Below the pieces are notes generated by a model that searched no databases, was not told the DNA's origin, and worked only from the letters and a program-made list of their open reading frames with translations. A DNA stretch of 64,000 nucleotides from an uncultured delta proteobacterium (GTDB taxonomy: Bacteria > Desulfobacterota > Binatia > UBA9968), in contig CAVUVW010000013.1 in NCBI GenBank assembly GCA_963745035.1, positions 1,568,001 to 1,632,000 on the forward strand, in the 5' to 3' direction. Position numbers and translations under genes: made by a program. This document shows positions 31,544 to 41,730 of this stretch, piece after piece. Each line of letters begins with the position of its first letter. Within the stretch, counting starts at the first letter, position 1.

Positions 31544-32581
31544 TCACGGGCGAATGCGCGCGCCGCGCGCGCCCTTGCGAATTTCACCGACGATAAATGA
31601 TTCTTCGCCCAGTTTTTTGAGCGCCGCCTGGACGCCGCCCGCATGTTTGCGGCCGACCACAAGAATCAAACCCAGCCCGTTGTTGAAGGTGCGGTCCATT
31701 TCATCCTGAGAAACGCGCCCGATCTTTTGAATCAGATCGAAAACCGGTGGCACCGGCCAGCTGCCGCGTTGCAGCAGTGCGCGCCGGTCCTGCGGCAAAA
31801 CCCGCGGCAGATTGCCGACAATCCCGCCGCCGGTGATATGCGCCGCGCCTTTGATCGGAAACCCGGCGAACAAGCGACGAGTAATCTTAGCATAGATGCG
31901 CGTCGGTTCGAGCAGCTCATCTCCGAGGGTCCGTCCGAGCTCTGCAATCCTGCGGTCGACTTTCCAACCCGCCCGCTCCAGCAACACCTTGCGCGCGAGC
32001 GAATAGCCGTTGCTGTGCAGCCCGCTCGACGGCAGGCCGATCAATACGTCGCCCGGTTGGATCGCCTGGGGGCGAATGATGTTGCGCTTTTCCAGGACGC
32101 CGACGACGAAGCCGCCGAGATCGTACTCGCCGGCGGGAAAGGCGCCGGGGTGCTCCGCGGTCTCTCCGCCGATCAGCGCGCAGCCGGCCCGGCGGCAGCC
32201 GGTCGCGATGCCGCGCACCACCGCTTCGGCGATCTTCACGTCGAGCTTGCCGCAAGCGAAATAATCGAGAAAGAAAAGCGGCTCGGCGCCCTGGGTCGCG
32301 ATATCGTTCACGCTCATCGCGACGAGATCGATGCCGACGGTGTTATGAACGCCGGTCAAAAAAGCGATCTTGAGCTTGGTGCCGACGCCGTCGGTGGAAG
32401 AGACTAAAATGGGCCGGCGATAGCCGCGCCGCTGCAGATCGAAAAGCGCGCTGAAGCCGCCGACTCCGGCAAGTACCCCCGGAACTCTCGTGCGCCGCGC
32501 GATCGGGCCGATGCGCCGTACCAGTTGGTCGCCAGCTTCGATGCTGACGCCGGCTTTCGCGTAAGTGAGTCCCGGGGCCAT
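31544..32581 (-). CDS. purM: AIR synthase
   Basis: DGVGTKL, GGETAEHPG, SSGLHSNGYSL and HITGGG. Confidence 0.97.
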   Translation of the reverse strand: MAPGLTYAKAGVSIEAGDQLVRRIGPIARRTRVPGVLAGVGGFSALFDLQRRGYRRPILVSSTDGVGTKLKIAFLTGVHNTVGIDLVAMSVNDIATQGAEPLFFLDYFACGKLDVKIAEAVVRGIATGCRRAGCALIGGETAEHPGAFPAGEYDLGGFVVGVLEKRNIIRPQAIQPGDVLIGLPSSGLHSNGYSLARKVLLERAGWKVDRRIAELGRTLGDELLEPTRIYAKITRRLFAGFPIKGAAHITGGGIVGNLPRVLPQDRRALLQRGSWPVPPVFDLIQKIGRVSQDEMDRTFNNGLGLILVVGRKHAGGVQAALKKLGEESFIVGEIRKGARGARIRP

Positions 32582-32649
32582 GGATGGTTGTTGAGATACT
32601 GCCGGAAAGCGCCTGAATGACCTCTATCTTAGCTCATCGGCGCGGAAAT

Positions 32650-33444
<795 letters not shown>

Positions 33445-33474
33445 TTCGGAACCTGAGCGAACGTAATAATCCGT

Positions 33475-34485
33475 TTATCGCGTGATGAACTGATTAATGA
33501 ATGCTTCTTTCGCCGTCACTTTCCGTCCGATATCGAAAAACTCATTAACGATCTTTACGGTTTTTTCCGTGATGTCAGGCTTCATGTAACCTAGACCTGA
33601 CTGCACAGATTCCGGCGGCAAAAAGACCTCGGTGAGAGCATTCTTCAGTTGCACGGTCGCCAGGTACTGGTCCAGCTCCGGCTTGTGTTTGAGCAGAATC
33701 TTGAGCGCCTCCTCTTGATGATCGCGCGCGTAGCGTAAGCCCTCCAAAGTCGCCTCAACATAGGCGCGCACGAATTCCGGGCGCTTCTTAACGTCTTCTT
33801 CTTTCACTACAAGGCCGGTCCCGTAGATATCGAGACCGGTGTCTTTCATGAAAATTCGATTGACCTTAATTCCGACCTTGCTTGCCGCCAATTCCGCGAT
33901 CTCGTCGTTCGAGGCTCGGTACATGACGATAAAATCCGCTTTCTTGGTCGCCAGCGCCGCCGGCTGAAGCGGCGCCGCCGTCTCCTGAATGCGAATGGCC
34001 TTGTAGTCGACCTTATTGATCCGGCAATAAGCCGGCATCAAATACCATTGGGCCTGCCCGGGACTGATCGCATAGGTCTTTCCTTCGAGGTCCTTCAGTT
34101 GTTTGATGTTCGTGTCTTCGCGCCACATGACGGTCGCGGGAACGTAGCCGAACTGCGCTACCGTCTGAATCGGCGTTCCCCGCGAGCGGGCGACGATCGT
34201 GGTGGAGATATCGGCAAAACCGAAGTCGGCGCCGCCGGCGCCGATCGTCCGCACCGTGTCCGCCGAGCCCGTGCTCGATTGAATCGTCACGTTCAAACCG
34301 CGCTTGGCATAGAAGCCTTTATCCAACGCTACAAACCAGGGCGCGTGCTTGCCGCCAATGATAAAATCCATGCGCACGTTCGCGGGCTTCAGCTCGGCCG
34401 CCCAGGCTTGCGCGCCAAGGCCAAGGACGGCAAACCAAAAAGCGGCGGCGACCATTCTTCCTATCCACTGTTCAAGCTGAGCCAT
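33475..34485 (-). CDS. ABC substrate-binding protein, NMT1/THI5-like
   Basis: Signal peptide, HAPWFVALDKGFY and ADFGFAD. Confidence 0.9.
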   Translation of the reverse strand: MAQLEQWIGRMVAAAFWFAVLGLGAQAWAAELKPANVRMDFIIGGKHAPWFVALDKGFYAKRGLNVTIQSSTGSADTVRTIGAGGADFGFADISTTIVARSRGTPIQTVAQFGYVPATVMWREDTNIKQLKDLEGKTYAISPGQAQWYLMPAYCRINKVDYKAIRIQETAAPLQPAALATKKADFIVMYRASNDEIAELAASKVGIKVNRIFMKDTGLDIYGTGLVVKEEDVKKRPEFVRAYVEATLEGLRYARDHQEEALKILLKHKPELDQYLATVQLKNALTEVFLPPESVQSGLGYMKPDITEKTVKIVNEFFDIGRKVTAKEAFINQFITR

Positions 34486-34506
34486 GCTTCCCCTCCGGCA
34501 ACCAAA

Positions 34507-35283
34507 TTAGAATGAGCCCTCGACTTCCCGCACCGCGGCGCTCCAAGGCGCCAGCTTTCTTTGAACAAATTCCGCCAGCCAGAACAGCCCCAGCGACAGC
34601 ATCGCGAGAATCAAAAGAATCACCAGCGCAAACGCCGTATCCAAACTGTAGTTGGCTTGTAGCACCAGATAGCCGAGTCCCTCGTTGGCGGCGACGAACT
34701 CGGCGACAATGGCCCCCGTGACGGAGAGCACGATCGCGACTTTGATACCGGCGAACATGTAGGGCAAGGAATTGGGCAAACGAATTTTCTTGAACACATC
34801 CAATGCCGAGGCGCGGTTGACGCGCGCCAGATCCAGCAATTCCGGCTCGACTTCCTTCAGTCCCACCACGGTGTTCACGACGATAGGAAAAAATGCGACC
34901 AAAAACGCAATGCCGATTTTTGAAAACAGACCGTAGCCCACCCAGATCACCATGAGCGGCGCGAAGGCGCTCTTGGGCATGGCGTAGAGAATGACGATCA
35001 AAGGATAGATGGTATTCTGGAGATGGCGCGAGTAGACCACCGCGATCGCAAAGCCGACGCCAAGGACCAAAGACAAAACGAAACCGCCGAAGGCTTCGAT
35101 AAAAGTGATCAACGCGTGATTGCCGAGTATCGGCATCTTCTTGATAAACGCTGTCACAAGATCGCCCGGCGGCGGCAGGATAAAAGCGGGAACCTTGATC
35201 ACTTCGACGAGGATTTCCCACAGCACCAAGAGCGCGACGAAAAATAAAATCGGCTCAGCGACATTCTTCCAGGAAGATTTCAC
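34507..35283 (-). CDS. ABC permease, SsuC/TauC-like
   Basis: ILPPPGD, FFPIVVNT and GAIVAEF. Confidence 0.92.
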   Translation of the reverse strand: MKSSWKNVAEPILFFVALLVLWEILVEVIKVPAFILPPPGDLVTAFIKKMPILGNHALITFIEAFGGFVLSLVLGVGFAIAVVYSRHLQNTIYPLIVILYAMPKSAFAPLMVIWVGYGLFSKIGIAFLVAFFPIVVNTVVGLKEVEPELLDLARVNRASALDVFKKIRLPNSLPYMFAGIKVAIVLSVTGAIVAEFVAANEGLGYLVLQANYSLDTAFALVILLILAMLSLGLFWLAEFVQRKLAPWSAAVREVEGSF

Positions 35284-35300
35284 GGCTCCACTCCGCGCCG

Positions 35301-35329
35301 ACGTTAATGGAAAGACCCGGTTGTGTCAA
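35301..35329 (-). promoter_or_regulatory. putative sigma70 promoter of the ABC operon
   Basis: Minus strand TTGACA-N17-TAACGT. Confidence 0.55.
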
Positions 35330-35532
35330 CAAAGTGACGGGCCTCGGCAGATCCTCTTGACCGAATACGCGAGAGGTAAAGAAAGATGTCTCTGCTGTCT
35401 AAGACGCGAAAACGCACTTTGAAGTCTTTGAGGCTGATCAAATGGGTCCAAATACGAGGGCGGCGTAATTTTACAATATGATTGAGCGAGCGGACCAAGC
35501 GCAACGAAGAGGGTGGGCCTTTCTCATCAGGC

Positions 35533-36693
35533 TCAAGGTTCTTGGTGCTCGGGTTTGATCTGGCTGTGGTCGAGCAGCATGTCGCGCTTGCGCCGAATCA
35601 TTTCGCGCTCTTGATGCAAGAACCGCTCGACGGCCCGGCGTAAATTACCATCGACGATGAAGTGCGCGCTCGTCGTGTGCTCGGGGTCGAGGCCGCGTAA
35701 TTGTTTGAAGCTGCCGCCGGCGCCGGCCTCGAAGCGGCGCAAGCCCGTGCGGATCGAGTGCTCGATGGCGGAGTAGTAGCAGACGTTGAAGTGCAAAAAC
35801 GGATGCTCTTCGAAGGCGCCCCAGTAGCGGCCGTACATCGCGATCTCGTCGCGCACGTTGAACGTGCCGGCGATGATCTTGCCGCCACGCTCCGCCAGCA
35901 TGAGACAGAGATTCGCCGCGAAGCGCCGCTGCAGCTCATCAAAGAATTGCTGGGTCAGATACTGCCGCCCGTAATAGAGTCGATCGACGTGATCTTTATA
36001 GAGCCGAAACATGGTGCGCAGGTGCTTCTGCGTCAGCTCCTCTCCTTCGTAGGCACGGATCGTGATCCCGCGCTTTTCCATTTCGCGCCGTTCGCGCTTG
36101 ACCTTGTTGCGCCGGTCGCTGCGAAAGCTTCCGAGGTAGTCGTCGAAGGAGTTGAAACTGCGATTCTGCCAGTGAAACTGAATCCCCGTGCGTGGGAAAA
36201 AACCGACCGCTTCCAGCGCCTCGCGCTCCTCGGGAAGGCAAAAATTAACGTGCACGGAGGAGATCTTGTTGTCGGCGGCGATCTTCGCCAGCGCTTGTCC
36301 GAGAAGACGAATGAGCGCAACGCGGTCGGTGCCCGGCGCGATGAAAAACCGGTTTCCGGTCACCGGCGTGAACGGAATACCGACCAGCATCTTGGGATAG
36401 TATTGGATTCCCGCGCGGTGCGCCGCCTCGGCCCATTCGTAGTCGAAGACAAATTCTCCCATGCTGTGAAGCTTCAAGTACATGGGGCAGGCTGCCAGAA
36501 GCACGTCCGATCGTTCCGCAACCAGATGATGCGGCAGCCAGCCTGACTCTTCGCTGACGCAGCCCGATTGTTCGAGGCTGTCGAGCCAATCCCATCTGGC
36601 AAACGGGGTGCTTCCGCTTGCCAGAGAGTCCCACCGATCGCGCGAAAGCTCCGAGATTCTCCGAACAATTCTGATCGAGATGTCGTCCGCCAT
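35533..36693 (-). CDS. GNAT/FemAB-like protein (DUF482)
   Basis: HSMGEFVFDYEWA, YGRYWG, LHFNVCYY and FEAGAGG. Confidence 0.9.
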   Translation of the reverse strand: MADDISIRIVRRISELSRDRWDSLASGSTPFARWDWLDSLEQSGCVSEESGWLPHHLVAERSDVLLAACPMYLKLHSMGEFVFDYEWAEAAHRAGIQYYPKMLVGIPFTPVTGNRFFIAPGTDRVALIRLLGQALAKIAADNKISSVHVNFCLPEEREALEAVGFFPRTGIQFHWQNRSFNSFDDYLGSFRSDRRNKVKRERREMEKRGITIRAYEGEELTQKHLRTMFRLYKDHVDRLYYGRQYLTQQFFDELQRRFAANLCLMLAERGGKIIAGTFNVRDEIAMYGRYWGAFEEHPFLHFNVCYYSAIEHSIRTGLRRFEAGAGGSFKQLRGLDPEHTTSAHFIVDGNLRRAVERFLHQEREMIRRKRDMLLDHSQIKPEHQEP

Positions 36694-36824
36694 CCAGTCG
36701 AGCCTATCATGAGTCGGCGCCCGGATAAAACTTTTGTGCCTCGGGCTCATCGCGAGCCGGCGCCGGCCGAGTGCCCTTGACAAGCGGTGCCGGCAATCTT
36801 ATTGATTACTCACCTGAACCTCTT

Positions 36825-37274
36825 ATGGTCATCTACAACCTCATCTGCAAGAAGAAGCACGCTTTCGAAGGCTGGTTTCCAAGTTTTGAAGACTTCCAAA
36901 AGCAAGCGGACAAAAAACTCATTTCCTGCCCGACCTGCGGCACGACCAAGGTGGAAAAAATGCCCCACGCCTGCGCCGTGCACGTGAAGAAAGAACAGCC
37001 AGTGCCGGCCGTGAAGAAACAGGCGGAGACCCCGAGTCCGGAGGCGCCGCCTTCGCCGGCGGAGTTCAAGGAGATGCTCCTTCGCGTGCATCATTACGTC
37101 AAGCAAAATTTCGAAGACGTGGGTCCTCGTTTTGCCGAAGAGGCGAAGCAGATTCACAAGGGCGAAGCCGAAGAGCGGCCGATTCACGGCACCGCGACCG
37201 TGAAGGAAGCCAAGGAGCTGGCCGAAGAAGGCGTGCCGTTCATTCCCCTGCCCAAGCCGGAGCTCGACAGCTAG
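36825..37274 (+). CDS. DUF1178 family protein
   Basis: LICKKKHAFEGWF, CPTCG and VGPRFAEEAKQIH. Confidence 0.88.
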   Translation: MVIYNLICKKKHAFEGWFPSFEDFQKQADKKLISCPTCGTTKVEKMPHACAVHVKKEQPVPAVKKQAETPSPEAPPSPAEFKEMLLRVHHYVKQNFEDVGPRFAEEAKQIHKGEAEERPIHGTATVKEAKELAEEGVPFIPLPKPELDS

Positions 37275-37403
37275 CTCCGGACTCTTTTCACAATCTTATC
37301 GTTCTCATCCGGCGCCGCCGCGAGGCGGCGTTCTTGTTTCCGTGCTTGCATTCGGACGGCGTCTGCGAAATAGAATCGTCATCCACCGAGACGGGAGAAT
37401 CCC

Positions 37404-38486
37404 ATGCTGTTGATCAACAACCAGGCCGTCGAGCAGATCCTCGACATGAAAGGTTGCATCGAGGCGCTGGAAACGGGCTATCGCGATCTTGTCCGCGAGC
37501 GCGCCAACTATCGCGGCCGCTACGATTTTTTCGTGCCCAACGACGATCCCAAACTGATGTACCGCTGGGGCACCATGGAAGGCGCTTCGCGGACCTTCGA
37601 GACCATGGCGATCCGCATGAAGTCGGACATGCTCGAATGGCCGGAAGGCAAGACCGTGGAAAAATATTGCGTCGCGCCCGGCACCTTCTGCGGCATCGTC
37701 ATGGTTTTTTCCACCCGCAACGGCGAACCGCTGGCGATCATCAACGACGGCCTCATCCAGCATATGCGCGTGGGCGGCTGCGCCGGCCTGGGCGTGAAGT
37801 ATCTCGCCCGGGAAGACGCCGGGGTCGTCGGCATTCTTGGCTCCGGCGGCATGGCGCGCACCTACTTGCTGGCCTTCAACGAGGTGCGCAAGATCCGCGA
37901 AGTGCGCGTCTACAGCCCGACCAGGAAGAATCGCGAAAGTTATGCGACAGAGATGAGCCAGCGGCTCGATTTGAGAATCGTACCGATGGAGAATCCTCAC
38001 GACGCCGTACGCGGCTGCGACATCGTCGCGACCTGCACGGATTCCATCCAGGTGATCGTCGACGACCCGGCGTGGATCGAGTCCGGCATGCACCTCACCT
38101 GCGTCAAAGCCAACGAATGGAACCCGGAGATCGTCACGAGCTCCGATCTCGTCATCAAGATGGGCCGTCCGACGAAACATCTCGATGAGGGACAGATGCG
38201 CATCGGCGGCGAAGCCGCCGTGGTCGCCGGCAACGCCGAAGAGGTCAAACGTATCGCCAATCCGAAAGTCGACATCTTCTCCCGCGACTTCCCCCTGCTC
38301 ACCGATATCATGTCGGGCAAGATCCCAGGGCGAACCGATCGCCGTCAAGTGACCTTCTTCGCCAACAGCGGCACGCAGGGCCTGCAGTTCGCCTCCACCG
38401 CGGGCTATGTCGTGCGTGAAGCCAAACGCCGCGGCCTGGGCCAGGAAATTCCGACGAGCTGGTTTTTGCAGGATATTAGAGACTAA
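37404..38486 (+). CDS. ornithine cyclodeaminase/mu-crystallin family protein
   Basis: MRVGG, GILGSGGMA Rossmann motif, ATCTDS and GLQFA. Confidence 0.88.
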   Translation: MLLINNQAVEQILDMKGCIEALETGYRDLVRERANYRGRYDFFVPNDDPKLMYRWGTMEGASRTFETMAIRMKSDMLEWPEGKTVEKYCVAPGTFCGIVMVFSTRNGEPLAIINDGLIQHMRVGGCAGLGVKYLAREDAGVVGILGSGGMARTYLLAFNEVRKIREVRVYSPTRKNRESYATEMSQRLDLRIVPMENPHDAVRGCDIVATCTDSIQVIVDDPAWIESGMHLTCVKANEWNPEIVTSSDLVIKMGRPTKHLDEGQMRIGGEAAVVAGNAEEVKRIANPKVDIFSRDFPLLTDIMSGKIPGRTDRRQVTFFANSGTQGLQFASTAGYVVREAKRRGLGQEIPTSWFLQDIRD

Positions 38487-38555
38487 ACAAATGGTCGGAA
38501 CGTGCGATTCGTTTGACGAGTCCAACCGCCACTACATTTAGCCAGAGGTTGAATC

Positions 38556-39548
38556 ATGGCCCATACGCGCGTCTTCACCTCAGAGGAAGCGATTGCCGCT
38601 TTACAAGACTCGGTCCACGGCAAGGCGGCGAATTTCTACGCCATGTACTCCAGCGTGCTCGGCGGCATCGTAACCGATCCCGCTCTCATGGTGCTGCCGC
38701 TCGACGATCACATGGTGCATCGCGGCCACGCGGTGTTCGACACCGCGACGCTGACGCATGGCATGCTCTATCAGCTCGATCCTCATTTGGATCGCTTGAT
38801 CAAATCGGCTGAGGGCGCGCGGATCGCGCTGCCGTTTCCGCGCGAGCAGTTGCGCCGCATTATCTTGGAGACCGCAGCCGCAAGCCGGCGGCGCGACGGG
38901 TCCGTGCGCTACTGGCTCTCCGCCGGCCCCGGCGGCTACGCTCTTGGGCCGGCGGAATGTGTCGGCAGCAGCTTTTATGTGATCGTTTTCAAGCAAGAGG
39001 CATATCCGGAAAGCTACTACAGCGACGGTATCAAGCTCATCACCAGCCGGGTGCCGATCAAGCCGCCGCTTTTTGCCCGTATCAAGTCGACTAATTATTT
39101 GCCCAACGTGCTCGTCGTTATGGAAGCCAAAGACCGCGGCGCCGACAACGGCGTGTTCATCGATGCACGCGGTATGGTCGCGGAAAGTTCCAACATGAAC
39201 GTGGCGTTCGTCACCCGGGATCGCGTGCTGCGCCATCCGCCGTTCGACGCGATCCTGTCGGGCGTCACGATCCAGAGAGTTCTCGACTTCGCTCAGCGTC
39301 TCGTGCAGCAAGGCGTGCTAAGCGGCGTGCGCGTCGCCGATATCTCTGTAGAAGAGGGTCGCGACACCGCAGAAATGATGCTCATCGGCAGCTCGATCAA
39401 AGTCGCGCCGGTGGTGGAATGGGACGGACAGAAGATCGGCGACGGCAAACCCGGAGTGGTGACCCAAAAGCTGCTGGCAATGTGGAACGAGGACGCTGCA
39501 TCGTCACAGGACCAGCTTGTCGCCGTGCCTTACAGCGAAGGTGTTTGA
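38556..39548 (+). CDS. class IV aminotransferase, plant D-amino-acid transaminase/ADC lyase-like
   Basis: DDHMVHRGHAVFDT, HLDRL, IKSTNYLPN (PLP Lys), AESSNMN and LSGVT. Confidence 0.88.
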   Translation: MAHTRVFTSEEAIAALQDSVHGKAANFYAMYSSVLGGIVTDPALMVLPLDDHMVHRGHAVFDTATLTHGMLYQLDPHLDRLIKSAEGARIALPFPREQLRRIILETAAASRRRDGSVRYWLSAGPGGYALGPAECVGSSFYVIVFKQEAYPESYYSDGIKLITSRVPIKPPLFARIKSTNYLPNVLVVMEAKDRGADNGVFIDARGMVAESSNMNVAFVTRDRVLRHPPFDAILSGVTIQRVLDFAQRLVQQGVLSGVRVADISVEEGRDTAEMMLIGSSIKVAPVVEWDGQKIGDGKPGVVTQKLLAMWNEDAASSQDQLVAVPYSEGV

Positions 39549-39589
39549 CGGCACCCATACCGTGCGGCGATTCAGATCAAGTACCAACT

Positions 39590-40463
39590 ATGCGTAACCG
39601 GATCATCGTAATTGCTGCCGCCGTTATCGGCTTCACCCTGTTGAGCGTCAACTTCCTGGCTGAGTGGAACAAAGATTTTCTTATCGGGCAGCGCGGAGCG
39701 GGAGCTGGGGCGGAGGATTTCCGTGGAGCGGATCGAAGTCACCTATTGGCCGCTCGGAGCGCGTTTGGTCAATTTTACCCTGGCCGACGATCCCGCCTTT
39801 TCCGCCGAGGATTTTGTCCGCGCCAACGCGCTTCGCGTAGAGCTTCGCCTTCTGCCCTTGTTCATCGGCCGATTCATTCCCAAAAGGATGACGCTTGAAT
39901 CGCCCAGCATCACGGTGGTTCGCGACGCGCGAGGTCGCTACAACTTCGATACGCGCGGCGGGAAAGAGAAAAACCGCCGGCGGCGCGATCGCGGCGCCGA
40001 AACGTCACCCGTTGAACGGGAGGACAGCCGGAGCTTCTGGGCGCCGGCCCTCGATATTTCCGACGGCACGCTGCGTTTCCGCGACCTGACCGACGGTAGC
40101 GAGCTCACCGCAACACAGATCAACCTGAAAACAACCGAGATGGAATCCGGCGATCCCTTTGAAATTCATCTGGCGGCCGCGGTCATGGCTGCCAAACCCA
40201 ACTTGCAACTCGTGACCCAGATCGGGTCGATCGGGGATCATCGTGACTTTCGCGACGTGCCGCTCGCGGGCGAAATAAACGCAACGGATCTCGATCTCGG
40301 CAAAGTCAACAAGGCACTGCCGCAGTTCAGGAAGGCGTTGCCCAGAGCGCTGCGCTTCGACGGCATCTACACGATCAAGGAACTCAAATTCGCCGGCTCA
40401 TTGAACAACCTATCGCTCAAGGGCGCCGTCACGGGAACCGACGCATCCTTCCGCTTCGAATGA
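39590..40463 (+). CDS. short AsmA-family protein (frameshift ~39700; possibly truncated)
   Basis: N-terminal TM, then LLPLFIGRF and LESPSITVVRDARGRYNF typical of the AsmA N-terminus. Confidence 0.65.
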
Positions 40464-40580
40464 TACGCAGAATTTGTCGTAAACATTCGGCAACGAGGCT
40501 TGTGCAAGAAGACTGACCGACCAGATTTAGACGATTACGGTATGGTACGATCTCAGGAAAGGACTTCGCCTGAGTTTCCG

Positions 40581-41369
40581 TCAATTCGCTGCTAACTGAA
40601 CAAAGCGTTTTTTCATCTCTTCAATTTTGCTGAGATAGCGCTGCAGGCTGTGCGTGCCGCAGAGCTCACCTGGCTTCACTTTAAAACCATGGGCGGCGAA
40701 GCTCTCCCCTCTCTTCGCGCCACACAGATGAACGACTGTGGCCAGCCTTTGTTTTTGCGCCACGCTGGCCTTGGCCATACGACGATCGGCGAGAATATCG
40801 GTCACCGTCTGGTGCAAGTACGCGGCGGTCATTTCGATCGCATGACTCGGCACCGTGCGAGCATAGAGGTTATTGAACCAGCAGGAACCCGGATCGTGCC
40901 ATGGACCGTCGGTCAAAACCGCGTGATCGCGGATGCAAAACTTGCGTGCCTGAGCGAACGTCCCATCGGTGATTTGAAACATACCGACCGCGCTCGACGC
41001 AGGCCGATAGATTTCAAAGGGACGCCACGTCCACTGCCAGCGCCAATACGTGCGCGCGATGGGATTACCGTCGCTCTCGACTTGCGCGAGCGCGGCGAGA
41101 AATTCAGGTGAGACGATACTGGTGGAATGCTCCTCGAAGAGTGGGCCGTAGTTTAGCCAGGTCGATGCGGGACTCTTCGACAACGAGGCACTGATCAACG
41201 CGAAGATTTCCCCCGGCTTCCGCACAACCTGATAGATCAGGTTAATCGCAAAAAACCCAAGGATCCCAAGCAAACACCACGCCGCGATCGCGGCTTTCCA
41301 GTGAAACCGCGCATTTCTTCTGGACTTTCGCCTGGGATATCGAACGCCGCTGTAAACGGTAGCCGCCAT
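40581..41369 (-). CDS. lytic transglycosylase (SLT)-like membrane-anchored protein
   Basis: LAALAQVESDGNP (catalytic Glu-Ser) and SSAVGMFQIT; N-terminal TM. Confidence 0.7.
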   Translation of the reverse strand: MAATVYSGVRYPRRKSRRNARFHWKAAIAAWCLLGILGFFAINLIYQVVRKPGEIFALISASLSKSPASTWLNYGPLFEEHSTSIVSPEFLAALAQVESDGNPIARTYWRWQWTWRPFEIYRPASSAVGMFQITDGTFAQARKFCIRDHAVLTDGPWHDPGSCWFNNLYARTVPSHAIEMTAAYLHQTVTDILADRRMAKASVAQKQRLATVVHLCGAKRGESFAAHGFKVKPGELCGTHSLQRYLSKIEEMKKRFVQLAAN

Positions 41370-41477
41370 GTCAAACGATCAATCTCTCCGTCATTTGGTT
41401 CCATGCAAACTACTAGTTTGAAGCTCGATTAGTCTACTCACAACCTTGCTTTCGTTTGATCCCATGATCTTTGTTGG

Positions 41478-41730
41478 CACTGCGTCAGCGAGGGTGTTTC
41501 GTGACGTCGACGCCATCAGCGATGGGACCAGATTCCCTGACGCCATTCGTCGTCAGCTCCAAAACTGCCGAGTGTTTCTTTTAGTCATAGGTCCTGGCTG
41601 GCTCACCGTCAAAGACGAAAGCGGCGAGCGCCGACTCGATGATCTCTCGGACCGGGTGCGGATCGAAGTCGCCACTGCATTGAACCAAACTCCTTGCATC
41701 ATTGCCGTCACCGTCGGCAATGCCCGATAC
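41478..41730 (+). pseudogene. TIR-domain (TIR_2-type) gene fragment
   Basis: VFRDVDAISDGTRFPDAIRRQLQNCRVFLLVIGPGWL...GERRLDDLSDRVRIEVATAL...IIAVTVGNA; both ends missing. Confidence 0.7.

Noticed and set aside
35284-35532. TPP or other riboswitch upstream of the NMT1/THI5-type ABC operon
   Set aside because: No recognisable aptamer consensus, and the candidate promoter leaves only a very short leader.
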